Origin: Bdellovibrionota bacterium
Lineage (GTDB): Bacteria > Bdellovibrionota_C > UBA2361 > JBGSMV01
NCBI GenBank assembly: GCA_041739995.1
Contig: JBGSMV010000018.1
Span: 11,165 to 75,164, forward strand
Direction: 5' to 3'
Length of the DNA stretch: 64,000 nucleotides
Shown: positions 9,646 to 19,436 of the stretch, piece after piece
Position numbering within the stretch: position 1 is the first letter of the stretch
How the letters are laid out: the number at the start of each line of letters is the position of its first letter
Notes under the pieces: generated by a model
Database searches by the model: none
Told to the model about the DNA's origin: nothing
What the model saw: only the letters and a program-made list of their open reading frames with translations
Program-made: the position numbers and the translations under genes

Positions 9646-10992
9646 TTGGCATTGAGTTCTATGACCTTTAATTTCAACCGACTCGTGCAAGAAACGCTTT
9701 CTCAACTCTACCCAGACTCGGGTGTCGAAGTTGACGGCGAGATTTTCCCTGATATCTCGGGACGATTTGGAGATGTGTCTATTTCGGTCGCCCAAACGTT
9801 AGCGCGACGGCTGCGGCGCGATGCCACGTCGATAGCCGGCGAGATTGCTGAACATTTAGCGCAACATCCACAAGTCAAAGCTGATCCTTCGAAGGGCTAC
9901 GTCAACGTGCGTTTTACCGATCAACTTCTTGAAATAGAAACTCTCTTTGGGCGCGCTCCAGGACATTTCACTAAAGACGCCCTCAACGAAGAACGCTTGA
10001 ATTCGCAGGGCATGAGAAACTGTTACGACATCAAGGTGATTCCTCCCGCTTTGCAACTTTCGCGTCTTGGTTTTGCGCGCATGCTGGCCTGCGCAGGCGT
10101 GCAGGCATTATGCCTGCGAAAGACCTACCCTCACGGATTGGTGGAGGTCTCATTGTCGACTATGGAGATCCGGCATACAGTCGAGAATGTGGCGTCGGTA
10201 GTGCGGTTCATTCAGGCTGTTGTACTTGACGAGAGTGCAGGCCAACAGCTTGGCGAGCCGATCAACAAAGAATGCAGAGACGCTCAGAGCGCTTGGGGAG
10301 ATGGTGGGAGTGCGGACGCTCTCTTTCGGCAATTTATCTTCGTGGCTGATGATGCGCATAAGCAAGCAACGGCGGGGGATCATCCGGGGGTAGGCAATGT
10401 TTGTGCGGCTAATGATTTAGTCGCATGTTCTCAAGAGCTTCTTCTTCACACACCACCTGGAGAAGAGCACGTGCTCTTTGAATCGAATTGCGATCGATGG
10501 TGGCAGTCTTTTCTGCTACTAAGTATCAGCGACGTTCCAGGGAGAGAATTTATTCCATCGGCTTGCCAGCTTGGTGGTGATGAGGATGTAGTGACTCAGA
10601 TCGAGAATCTGAGGAGTCGGTTGCAGCGACGGAGTAGTGCTTGGTCGTGCGGAGTGGATAGAGCGAAGGGAGAGAGACGTGTCCCGATCAACAGGTCAAC
10701 TCACATGCCGTCAGATCCGGAACCTTCTGCGAAACGCTCAGGGGCGATTGTCTGTGAGCGTTCGGCCCTCGTTGCGGCGCTCGCACTTGCTCAAGCAATC
10801 CATAATGCGGCCGCTTATGGGCGGATCGAGGACCTAGGAGCTTTGCTTTTTCGTTTGCTGCGAGACGGGACAAGTCTCATGAATACCCGGTCCGATGAGG
10901 TGCTTGGAGCCTCGCCAGGAAATCCGCTTTCTTATGTGTATTCCTGTATTTATCAGGCTCTGGGAGATGTGCTAACAGTAGTTGAGCAATAG
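9646..10992 (+). CDS. Degenerate arginyl-tRNA synthetase-like protein (no HIGH motif)
   Basis: FGDVSISVAQTLARRLRR...IAGEI...GYVNVRF resembles the ArgRS N-domain; C-terminus resembles the DALR domain; sits upstream of a SPOR gene, as argS often does. Confidence 0.65.
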   Translation: MALSSMTFNFNRLVQETLSQLYPDSGVEVDGEIFPDISGRFGDVSISVAQTLARRLRRDATSIAGEIAEHLAQHPQVKADPSKGYVNVRFTDQLLEIETLFGRAPGHFTKDALNEERLNSQGMRNCYDIKVIPPALQLSRLGFARMLACAGVQALCLRKTYPHGLVEVSLSTMEIRHTVENVASVVRFIQAVVLDESAGQQLGEPINKECRDAQSAWGDGGSADALFRQFIFVADDAHKQATAGDHPGVGNVCAANDLVACSQELLLHTPPGEEHVLFESNCDRWWQSFLLLSISDVPGREFIPSACQLGGDEDVVTQIENLRSRLQRRSSAWSCGVDRAKGERRVPINRSTHMPSDPEPSAKRSGAIVCERSALVAALALAQAIHNAAAYGRIEDLGALLFRLLRDGTSLMNTRSDEVLGASPGNPLSYVYSCIYQALGDVLTVVEQ

Positions 10993-11186
10993 GCGCTTTT
11001 CTGTAGGGTTCAGGCTGGCTAAAACGCTGAGACCGCTGAATTATTGAACTTTTTGGCTGGACTCGAGGCCGAAATTTCCTACGGAGCCTCTTTGAGCGCT
11101 ATTGTAAGGAAGGCAAAGAATCGAATATCTGTAGTTCGTCCGTTCAGGTAGAACGGCTAAAAGCGATAATTTTTTTGGGGATCCGT

Positions 11187-12254
11187 ATGGGAGTAGTACC
11201 TGGCCCACGCACAAGCCCGACTGTAAAGTCATCAGCGCAGTCGAGCCAGCGCTCTTTGAGGGCTTGGCAGATGAATCTCAGCGCAATGCAAGTCGCGCTC
11301 CTGTTGGGTGGGGTACTGGGAAGTCTTGCCTGTGCGTTCTATCTGGGATTCTTTTCCGGCCAGAAGGTGGGACTCGAAATGGCTCTTAGCAATAACCTCT
11401 CTGCGGCCATGCGGCTGCCAATTGGGGGGGAGGATGAGGAGTTGGGTGACGACCTCGAGGGTATTACCGATGTTTATGCCAAGCTTCGACAAATCGAGCT
11501 GCCCTCAGGAGAGTTCGACGAAGCGGTAGACTTTCTTCCGGGGAAGACCGCCGCAGCGCTTCAGGCGGAGCGTGATCAAGCTCAACGTTTCGAGAGCGAA
11601 ACGGGACTCGCCGATTCCAAAGTAGAGGCGACGGCAAAGGCTAGTCTACAGGATGATTCGGATGTCGCAGCACTCTCAGGTGGGAAAACGAGATCTGCGA
11701 GCTTGGGGTCGTTAACTCAGAATGGCGCCGATTCGAAGGGCCAGGAGGAATCCTCAGGCGGTGTCGGAGCTCCAGCCAAATCCGATCGTGCGGGCGCGCC
11801 GGCAACGCTGGGTACTCTTGTAGATGACACGGCAAAGCGTGAAGTCGCGGCGCCTGTTGCTGTTGTGGTGGAGAAAAAGAATTCTGAGGTGGTAGCTAGA
11901 GTTCCGCCGCCGGTCGAAGTCGCTACCAAGCGAGAGGCGGTCCCCGAAAAGAAAATTTCCGCGAGCGTCGCGAGTGCGAACGTCTCTGGATCGCTTATCC
12001 GAGATCGGCTCCCGAGTGGGTGGTTCGCTCAGGTCGGAGCTCCGGACAACCGATCCGAGGCAGAACGAGTTGGAAGAATTCTGCAGAGTTCTGGTTTCCC
12101 GGTCGTAATTGAGAATGCGAAGGTAAGAGGGCAGGAGTATTTTAGAATTCTTGTGGGCCCGGAGCAGACGCGCCAACAGGCTGAGCGATTGATGGGGCAG
12201 CTAAAGCGTGAGTCGTCAGTGAAAGCAGATCCTTTTATTCGCATGGTCCGCTAG
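11187..12254 (+). CDS. Bitopic SPOR-domain protein (FtsN/DedD-like)
   Basis: N-terminal TM segment, low-complexity linker, C-terminal WFAQVGA...YFRILVGP SPOR domain. Confidence 0.88.
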   Translation: MGVVPGPRTSPTVKSSAQSSQRSLRAWQMNLSAMQVALLLGGVLGSLACAFYLGFFSGQKVGLEMALSNNLSAAMRLPIGGEDEELGDDLEGITDVYAKLRQIELPSGEFDEAVDFLPGKTAAALQAERDQAQRFESETGLADSKVEATAKASLQDDSDVAALSGGKTRSASLGSLTQNGADSKGQEESSGGVGAPAKSDRAGAPATLGTLVDDTAKREVAAPVAVVVEKKNSEVVARVPPPVEVATKREAVPEKKISASVASANVSGSLIRDRLPSGWFAQVGAPDNRSEAERVGRILQSSGFPVVIENAKVRGQEYFRILVGPEQTRQQAERLMGQLKRESSVKADPFIRMVR

Positions 12255-12577
12255 TGTCCCGAGTCAGAAGTGAATTGCATAATAGAAAAGCTGGTGGCTC
12301 GGGCCACTAGGCATAGTTGTTTTGACTCCGGACTCCTGTCCTTCGTCAAACTCGCTCCAAGCTCCGCTGGGGGCCCCGTGAACCCCAGCTCCGCGTCGCT
12401 CCAGCCCGCTGCGCTGGCTGTCCGGCCATCCATGGCCGGCTAGTGTGGTGAGCTTTCCTTCTGCAAGAATTCATTGACTCACCACACAAGTGTCCCGAGT
12501 CAGAAGTGAATTGCATAATAGAAAAGCTGGTGGCTCGGGCCACTAGACATAGTTGTTTTGACTCCGGACTCCTGTCC
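12253..12577. repeat. 89-bp direct repeat (12253-12341 / 12489-12577) built from CTAG-ended mini-elements
   Basis: The two copies differ at one base; each contains AGTGTCCCGAG...CTCGGGCCACTAG inverted ends. Confidence 0.9.
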
Positions 12578-12583
12578 AACCTG

Positions 12584-12690
12584 ATAGGGTGCTGAGTTAG
12601 AAGTTCATTTAAGCATCTCGCTCGTTGCTCTCGCCGAATTCTTTGTGTGATTCATTAAATGTATTCATAAAGAGCGCAGCGTTATTCTCC
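12584..12690 (+). mobile_element. Family A repeat, copy 4 (right end truncated)
   Basis: GTGCTGAGTTAGAAGTTCATTTAAG...ATTCATTAAATGTATTCATAAAGAG. Confidence 0.75.
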
Positions 12691-13216
12691 TATCTTCTTT
12701 GATTGAGCTTCGCAGTGTCGGCGATGTCAGAGAGGCGTTATTGTCCACCACGGACCGACTGTCTAGAAAGTCGCGCTGTGGCAAATGCATATGATTCGCT
12801 TGCTGGCGCCTTCTCTTGAGGCACTCAGGTAGGTGCTGAGAACTCCCGGCGACTCAGGAAAGAGCCTCGCCTGAAGGGCATGTTCGAGCCTCCAAATATT
12901 TTGCTTACTATTCATTGGTGAGTCTTTTGGGATATTGAGTGGAATCAGTAGATTAGAGCGAGTAGGTGTTTTACGTTTGTTGATGCAGAACGCGGGTTGA
13001 AAGATTTTCTGATATAAAATTCGGGGAGTTGCCGACTATATCAATGCAACATGACTTTTCCGAAGCGGCTTGTGGCGCATACGAGTCGAACTTCATAGGG
13101 GACTCTCTAGCTTTGGTGGCTTATCGGAGCTCGTTAGTTTGAGCGGGGAGCCATGGACAGGCTTGTTCGGATACGAACTTTAGCTCCCTGAGAGGAGCGT
13201 TAAGCAGCGATTATCA

Positions 13217-15427
13217 ATGTCGACCGAAGATCTGCAAACCGAGGAACCCGTAGAGGAGGGTAGCGAGTCGAGCGTGATCACGATCGATCATGCTGCGCGT
13301 TCTGACATCGGAATGCGACGAGAGGAGAATCAGGACTCATTCGGAATTATCGAGGGCGAAGGTTTTCGACTCTTTATTGTCGCAGACGGGATGGGTGGCG
13401 TGCAGGGCGGCGCGCTGGCGTCGTCAATCGCCGTAGAAACTCTCAAGGAGGAGATCTCCGCCGACGCAGTCCCAAGCTCTGACGACATGGTGACTGCGAT
13501 CAAGAACGCCAATACGCGAATTTTTGATCGTGGCAATAGCGAGCCTTCGCTCACCGGAATGGGCACCACGCTTGTCGCGCTTCTCTTTCATGGCACTCAA
13601 CTCTCAGTCTTCAACGTTGGAGATTCGCGCGCATACCGATTTCGCCACCAACAAGTCGATCAGCTTACCGAAGATCATACCTTGGTCATGGAACTTGTGC
13701 GCTCGGGATCAATCGACGAAGAGCAAGCGAAAAATCATCCCGTATCCCACATGCTCACCCGATCTCTTGGCCCGGCAGAAGAAGTAGAGGTCGATGTCTT
13801 TGAAATCGATCAAGGGCCATTTCAAAGTGAAATGTTTCTGATCTGTTCTGACGGGCTCTACAATCTTGTGAAAGACGGCGAGATGCTGGCCCTGATGCTA
13901 GAGAATCGCTTAGATACCGCCGTCGATAAATTGATTGAGCTCGCGAACAAACGAGGGGGCTCAGATAATATCACGATTATCGCGGCTGAAACGGCTGAAG
14001 GGTTTCCCCTTCTTCCGGAGAATCTACTCCAAGCGGCTCTTGGGGAGAGCGACGAGCAGGGCATTGACGAAACTCAAGAGATCGAACCTGAGCAAGGAGA
14101 ACAGGGAGCTGAGACCTCTGGACAGAATGCAGCTTCGTCTGGTCATGCCTCGAAGGACCCGAAGCAGGGCGAAAGCAGCTCAGACGGCGCCATAGACAAA
14201 GACTCATCAAAGGAGGCGGGCTCTCATTTTGGAGCACATGCTAATGGCAGCAGCGATGCCGCCGGTGCGAAAACGGTGGGGTCTCGGCTTTCCATGGAGC
14301 AGCTGCGCTCGGCCTATGGCAATCCAGGGGCGACGGGATCTCCTGAGGGAGCGCGAACAGTTCATGAGCCTAAGGCCCGAATGGAGCGTTCACCGGAGGC
14401 TCGGAAAGAGCGAACTTCGAGACCTTCGGTTCTTCCGAAAAATGAGCCAAAAACCATATTTGGCTCCTATGGATCTGCGGTAGTGAGCCTTCTTGGGGCG
14501 GCTATTTGCGGCTACATGGTGAGTGTCCTTTTCAGAAGCCCTGAACCGTTTCCTGGGGAGGGGCTCTTAAGTTCTGCATCTTCCCGCTCAAGTGGTCACG
14601 CGGAGCCAGCCGGGCGCCGGGATTCAGGGTCAGGGCGTGGGTCTGATTCCACGCGCATGAACGCTCCGCCTTTTGAGGCTGGGGGAACAGGGGCTGAGAT
14701 GTTCGGTGGAGGTTCTCTCGAGGCGGGGCTTTCGACCATCGAACGTCGCCAGAAAACTTTGAGTTCAAAGCTTAGACGCGTGGAGGAGAAGATAGTTGCA
14801 CTCGATGCTCCGCTGTCTGGTCAGGTTGGCCAATTGTTGATCGAGGCGACCCGTCAGCTCGAGTCCCTCGACCAAAAACTATCGGAAACAAAGGCGGATG
14901 TTGATGCCTTCGCGCGGCGTCTTGCGGTGTGGAATGGACGTCGGACCCGCTTGGAGTCGAGTGAACCCATTACAATGGTGTCAGAGATCGCCGTGAGTTC
15001 GGAAGAAGTGCGGCGTAAGAAGGAAGAATTTGAGGCAGCCACTTGGAAATATCTCAAAGAAGCCGAACGCCTTGAGTACTCTCCGAATGACGCTGAGTTG
15101 GCCAAGCGGGTCACGAGCCTTGTACGTGCGCGCAATGATCGGATGGATGAGCTATTCGGGTCGCTGCGGGCAGCCGTCAACGATGGAATTCTTGATTCAC
15201 AGCAAAGAATCTCGGATCTCACGGTGGAGGCAGATCGTATAGAGACGGAAATTCGAGGACTGCAGGATACGATCACGTTCTCTAAAGTGCTTTCCTCAGG
15301 AGACTCAAGCATTCGTACTTCCAAGCGCAACGAATTAGCCAAAGAGCGTGAAATGATTCTCTCAGAGTTGAACGAACTTAATCGTTTGGCTGAGACCTTG
15401 CCTGCGCTTCGCTTTGGCGGACGCTAA
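13217..15427 (+). CDS. PP2C/Stp1-family Ser/Thr phosphatase with TM segment and C-terminal coiled coil
   Basis: RREENQD, VADGMGG, GMGTT, NVGDSRAY, LICSDGL, GGSDNIT; hydrophobic segment near aa 420-440. Confidence 0.92.
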   Translation: MSTEDLQTEEPVEEGSESSVITIDHAARSDIGMRREENQDSFGIIEGEGFRLFIVADGMGGVQGGALASSIAVETLKEEISADAVPSSDDMVTAIKNANTRIFDRGNSEPSLTGMGTTLVALLFHGTQLSVFNVGDSRAYRFRHQQVDQLTEDHTLVMELVRSGSIDEEQAKNHPVSHMLTRSLGPAEEVEVDVFEIDQGPFQSEMFLICSDGLYNLVKDGEMLALMLENRLDTAVDKLIELANKRGGSDNITIIAAETAEGFPLLPENLLQAALGESDEQGIDETQEIEPEQGEQGAETSGQNAASSGHASKDPKQGESSSDGAIDKDSSKEAGSHFGAHANGSSDAAGAKTVGSRLSMEQLRSAYGNPGATGSPEGARTVHEPKARMERSPEARKERTSRPSVLPKNEPKTIFGSYGSAVVSLLGAAICGYMVSVLFRSPEPFPGEGLLSSASSRSSGHAEPAGRRDSGSGRGSDSTRMNAPPFEAGGTGAEMFGGGSLEAGLSTIERRQKTLSSKLRRVEEKIVALDAPLSGQVGQLLIEATRQLESLDQKLSETKADVDAFARRLAVWNGRRTRLESSEPITMVSEIAVSSEEVRRKKEEFEAATWKYLKEAERLEYSPNDAELAKRVTSLVRARNDRMDELFGSLRAAVNDGILDSQQRISDLTVEADRIETEIRGLQDTITFSKVLSSGDSSIRTSKRNELAKEREMILSELNELNRLAETLPALRFGGR

Positions 15428-15473
15428 GGACCCAGTTGAAACTTCAGACAAATTTTGTGAGATGCTCCATCGC

Positions 15474-15875
15474 CTAAGGCGTGGCTTGTAGACCCCCCGA
15501 AGCGCTTTCCCACAGATATTCGCGCCCACTCCCTTTGGGATGTGATGAGGTCCCTGAGAAATCCTCCTCTTGAGCCTCAAACGAAATTTCGACGCCAGCA
15601 GAGAATCTTGCGATGCCGGGGAGCTGCTGACAGCCCTCTTGAACGCAGGAGAGGTAGTGTTCTGCTTCTGAGAAGTACATCTCTTGGGCAAGTGCGCCAT
15701 TTCTTAGATCTTGCAACGCGCGCAGGTCGAAAGCGCGTGCGCGGTAGCGCGCGTACTGGGGGACGGCAATGGCGGTCAGACCTGAGACAATGGCTATTAC
15801 GACTAAGAGTTCAACTAGCGAAAATCCACCCGCATATGTGTGGATCCCGGGCTTTTTTAAACTTCTGTGGATCAT
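15474..15875 (-). CDS. Type IV pilin-like prepilin
   Basis: G|FSLVELLVVIAIV prepilin cleavage motif with E5; AIAVPQY. Confidence 0.9.
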   Translation of the reverse strand: MIHRSLKKPGIHTYAGGFSLVELLVVIAIVSGLTAIAVPQYARYRARAFDLRALQDLRNGALAQEMYFSEAEHYLSCVQEGCQQLPGIARFSAGVEISFEAQEEDFSGTSSHPKGSGREYLWESASGGLQATP

Positions 15876-16104
15876 GGGAGAATCTCCAAGTATTGCTGGT
15901 CGCTCATTTGAACAACTCCTCTGAGGGGAGTGCCCTGCGGCGACCGGCAGGTTTATACGTAGGAGAGATTTTCGGAGATTATGCTCAAAAGTTGCGTAGC
16001 GGATTGCACCGGCTGAGAGCGTGCGGTGAACCGGTAATGCGGAGAAACCTAAAGGGTTTGCCTGGCACGGGCGATATTGCTGCCGTGGCGAGAACTGTTC
16101 CTAG

Positions 16105-16247
16105 CGAGTGTCCTGAGTTAAGAGTTCGGCGAATAATTCTCGCCGAGCTCGCTGCTCGCTTTGTGAATATATTTAATGAATTACACAATGAGTTCAGCGA
16201 AAACAGCGAGAAAAATACTTAAATGAACTTCTGACTCAGCACACGAG
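16105..16247 (-). mobile_element. Family A repeat, copy 5
   Basis: Close reverse-complement match to copy 2. Confidence 0.9.
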
Positions 16248-16403
16248 GGGTCTGTGACACAGGCACAGGCGACGACGTCCCGCCGACTTGTCCCCCGTAG
16301 CGTGAGCGAAGGGCGAAGCCTCCTCCAATTAAGTAGCAGCACAGGAACATGTGGGTGGGCAAAGGCGGACCCGCACAAAGAGAACTGTGGCACAGACTCC
16401 TCG
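16244..16403. repeat. MITE-like element with 19-bp terminal inverted repeats
   Basis: CGAGGGGTCTGTGACACAG...CTGTGGCACAGACTCCTCG (2 mismatches). Confidence 0.6.
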
Positions 16404-16415
16404 GGAATCTTTTAG

Positions 16416-16518
16416 AAACTAAATCTTAGTGGTTTTTGAGGTCTTAGTGGGGCAAACAAACTCTAGAAATTGGCTTAATTTCGCTTAAACCACAAAGCGC
16501 ACGAAGATATAAAAATGG
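16416..16518 (+). repeat. Family B repeat, copy 1
   Basis: AAACTAAATCTTAGTGGT...CAAACAAACTCTAGAAATTGGC...ACCACAAAGCGCACGAAGATA; also at 20631. Confidence 0.85.
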
Positions 16519-16550
16519 CTTCTTCGCAGGCCCCCTAGAACGCAGGCCCC

Positions 16551-17942
16551 CTAGAACGTGGAAAACCCTGGTGAGACATTGCCGCCAGGGTTTGCGGGAC
16601 CTCGGGACCCAGGACGCATATTTTGCTGTGCCTCTTGTGGCGAGAGCGTGGGAAGCCCTTCGCTCATACGCGCCTGCTGAACCTCAGCAAATGTGCTACT
16701 GCGCTCCTTACGAACTGCCTCTATGCATTGCGGGGTAGGGAATCCTTCTCGGTGACAGATTGCGGTGGCCATGTCCTTCTCAGCAGACAAGGCTTCCTTT
16801 ACAAAATACATACAGGCTTCGGATATTTGCCGCATTCGATAGTGTGCGGGGCCATAGGAACCCTGATCTCCTGCGGCCTCACCTTTGTCTGCGCCTTTTA
16901 CCAAGGCGTCCACGTACTTTTCCACCGGAACATTCTGAGGAAGAGGTTGCGAGAGCAGGTGATCCTTGAATGCCTGGTCCTGAGCTTGTACAGGGGGAGC
17001 CTCCCTGAGTGCGAGGCGAGTCACTGAGCAGTTGATGACAAGTAGTCTATTGAAGAGCGCCCGCATTTTGAGTTTATTTTGCAGACCTTCTTTGCCCTTT
17101 AGTGCTGCTCTTAGTGCCTTCGCTTGAGCGAGCAGTACTGCGCTTGAATCCGCAATCGTTGCTCGAGTTCCTGGGCGCCGAGGATCCGTATCTGAGACAC
17201 GATAGGGCTCTCCGAAAGGTCCAACCACCACATTACGTGAGGCATCAAGGCAGTTTTTCGAGTCAATTCCATCTCGAGCACAAAAAGCTATCGGTGAAGC
17301 GCTGTCGATAGCGAAGACCTTTCGCACGTACTCCATGCACTCCTCATTGCCAAGACCACCGGAAAACTGAAGGTCCACTAGCAATCGTGGCATGCACTTC
17401 AGTTCAACTACTCTTTCAAGGGCCATGAGCAAGGCGCCTCTGTTCTCGATCGAGGCATCCAGCGAATAGGTAGTTTCTGCAATTTCGACTTTCAATACCG
17501 CGCGATCAAGGGGCGAAGACGCACGAGGTTTGGTTGCTTGCTGCAATGCGGCGTCGAGGGGGGAGGGGGTGGTGTGAGAGAGCGTCAGGGGATCCTTCGG
17601 CGATTCAGTGTCTGACGAGAGTTCTTCGGAAGGGGCAGAGGCGCGCCTGGAAGTAGGAACTGGAGATGTCGAATCAGAGACCTCCTTTAGAGTGGACGGC
17701 TCAATAGCAGGGGCTTGAACGGCAGGGGCTTGAACAGCGTTGTCTGCATGTGCGGATTGCATCGGTGAACCGAATAGGAGGCCACTGAATAGGAGGGCAC
17801 TGCATAGGAGGGCACTGCATAGGAGGCCACTGCATAGGATGCCACTGAGAAACGGCGATAGAAACCACTCTATGAGTGTCGAGGATTCAATCCGGGAAAT
17901 CGGTGTCAATGCTCTCATAGTTTCTCGAGTTATTATCGCCAT
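16551..17942 (-). CDS. Hypothetical exported Cys-containing protein
   Basis: 463-aa ORF with hydrophobic leader ending AHA; two related C...C.R.G...C modules (CARDGIDSKNC, CHREGFPTPQC). Confidence 0.7.
   Translation of the reverse strand: MAIITRETMRALTPISRIESSTLIEWFLSPFLSGILCSGLLCSALLCSALLFSGLLFGSPMQSAHADNAVQAPAVQAPAIEPSTLKEVSDSTSPVPTSRRASAPSEELSSDTESPKDPLTLSHTTPSPLDAALQQATKPRASSPLDRAVLKVEIAETTYSLDASIENRGALLMALERVVELKCMPRLLVDLQFSGGLGNEECMEYVRKVFAIDSASPIAFCARDGIDSKNCLDASRNVVVGPFGEPYRVSDTDPRRPGTRATIADSSAVLLAQAKALRAALKGKEGLQNKLKMRALFNRLLVINCSVTRLALREAPPVQAQDQAFKDHLLSQPLPQNVPVEKYVDALVKGADKGEAAGDQGSYGPAHYRMRQISEACMYFVKEALSAEKDMATAICHREGFPTPQCIEAVRKERSSTFAEVQQARMSEGLPTLSPQEAQQNMRPGSRGPANPGGNVSPGFSTF
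17772..17846. repeat. 15-bp tandem repeat x5 in the signal-like region
   Basis: GMATAGGAKGSCACT units encoding SGILC/SGLLC/SALLC/SALLF/SGLLF. Confidence 0.85.
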
Positions 17943-18002
17943 ATTCTGACCAGCGCGAGAGAGTTAATAGGCCCAACGGTTAGAACGGAATTCCTAAATA
18001 GT

Positions 18003-19118
18003 TTAGTCAGGAAGCACGTCCATGAAATAGGGGGTCAAAAGATCTCCGTACATTGCATGGCGAAGGGGACTAGGGTGGGGGTCAAAGCTCAAGGTGAGGT
18101 CTTCGGTCCTGATTTTTCTCCCGCGCACCATGCGCATGAAGTCGGCTCTTAAACTGAAAACTCTAATGTCTTTCCGTTCGCGCAGCACCGGAATTTGATC
18201 GCGCCAAACGCGCCACTCCTTACGGGGATTAATCGCGAGCGAGAGTCGCAGTCCTCTGTCTCGCGTGATGTCACTAAGTTCAGTGAGCGCGCTACTCGGA
18301 TCAAGACCCCTGAGTGCAGATTGCTGGCGTTTGAATTTCAAGGAGTACTGGGGATCTACTGCTTGCATGCCAAGGCGAAGAAACTCGGATGAAGCAAGGA
18401 TGCCGCCGGGACGAGAGAGGTCCTGCACAAAGAAAGGCATGTCAAAATCATTTTGAACAAAGAAGACCAAGACTTCGTCTGGATTGAAATCGAGGCCGGA
18501 TTCTTTGAAGAGCGCTACTTCTTGAAATGTAGTGTAGCCCGGTACCCCAAAATTGAGGACTTCGAAGTTTATCGCGCCATTCGCCATTCGGTTTAGGTTG
18601 TCCTCAAGGCGTCGTGCAAAAGTTTCAGACGCTTCGACCCCCCAGCCAAAGGTGAAGGAGTCACCCAGAAGCGCAATGCGATAGGTGTCGAGGGGTTTGG
18701 GAACTGCGCGTTCAACGTCACGCATACCACAAGAATTGATGGAAACCTGGGCGCGTTGGAACTGAACTTCCAAGTTTGGTTTTAGGTCAAATATAATGCG
18801 GTCATCTTGGTGGGCATTGACGATATCTCGAAGGTTGGCTCGAGAAACCTCTTCAGAGACCGAAATGGGTGCCGCTGGATTGTCGCCATCTTGAGACAAA
18901 ATCGCGCGACGAACCTCATCGAGAGATTGAAAAGTAGTTCCTGCGCTAGCCGGAAACAGAAGAGGATTGAGCACTCGTAGGCTGAGCTCGAGGAGTGCCA
19001 GCCCCAGAACGCTCCCAAAAACCACCATCCCGATATATATCCACAAGCGACTACCCGAGAAACTCGGAGAGCCCTTGTGCTGGCCTTGTGGGGCTGATTC
19101 TGAAAATGACATACGCAT
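18003..19118 (-). CDS. Membrane-anchored SGNH/GDSL hydrolase
   Basis: LGDSFTFG, NFGVPGY, QND and DPHPS motifs; N-terminal TM segment. Confidence 0.9.
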   Translation of the reverse strand: MRMSFSESAPQGQHKGSPSFSGSRLWIYIGMVVFGSVLGLALLELSLRVLNPLLFPASAGTTFQSLDEVRRAILSQDGDNPAAPISVSEEVSRANLRDIVNAHQDDRIIFDLKPNLEVQFQRAQVSINSCGMRDVERAVPKPLDTYRIALLGDSFTFGWGVEASETFARRLEDNLNRMANGAINFEVLNFGVPGYTTFQEVALFKESGLDFNPDEVLVFFVQNDFDMPFFVQDLSRPGGILASSEFLRLGMQAVDPQYSLKFKRQQSALRGLDPSSALTELSDITRDRGLRLSLAINPRKEWRVWRDQIPVLRERKDIRVFSLRADFMRMVRGRKIRTEDLTLSFDPHPSPLRHAMYGDLLTPYFMDVLPD

Positions 19119-19217
19119 TTAGTCTATCGACGCACACCCTTGGGGGCAACTTGCACCAATGTGGTGAAACTGGGCCTACAGGAGTGGGGAAAAATGAGTC
19201 GTTCCTCAGTTTCTACC

Positions 19218-19360
19218 CTAGTGTTCTGAGTTAGAAGTTCGCCTAAGCATCTTTCTCGCTGTCCTCGCCGAACTCCTTGTGTAATTCGTTAGATATATTC
19301 ACAAAGAGATCAGTGAGCGCAGCGAGAATTATTCATAGAACCCTTAACTCAGGACACGAT
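19218..19360 (+). mobile_element. Family A repeat, copy 6
   Basis: CTAGTGTTCTGAGT...ACTCAGGACACGAT. Confidence 0.88.
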
Positions 19361-19436
19361 CAGGCTTGTGAAAAACTCTCTTCGCAAAGCCTGCCAGGAA
19401 CGATTCACTCCAAGAACCCCGCGCCGAAAGGCGCCT

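Noticed and set aside
12251..12577. CRISPR array or similar repeat-spacer locus
   Set aside because: Only two long repeats, no regular spacers and no cas genes; better explained by nested mini-elements
12780..12882. Glycine riboswitch or GIY-YIG remnant (minus-strand FPESPGV...RIICI)
   Set aside because: Riboswitch core motifs are not in the right order; the peptide similarity is too short and interrupted by stops
15542..16222. 226-aa plus-strand ORF
   Set aside because: Antisense to the pilin gene and runs through a family A repeat; no protein motif
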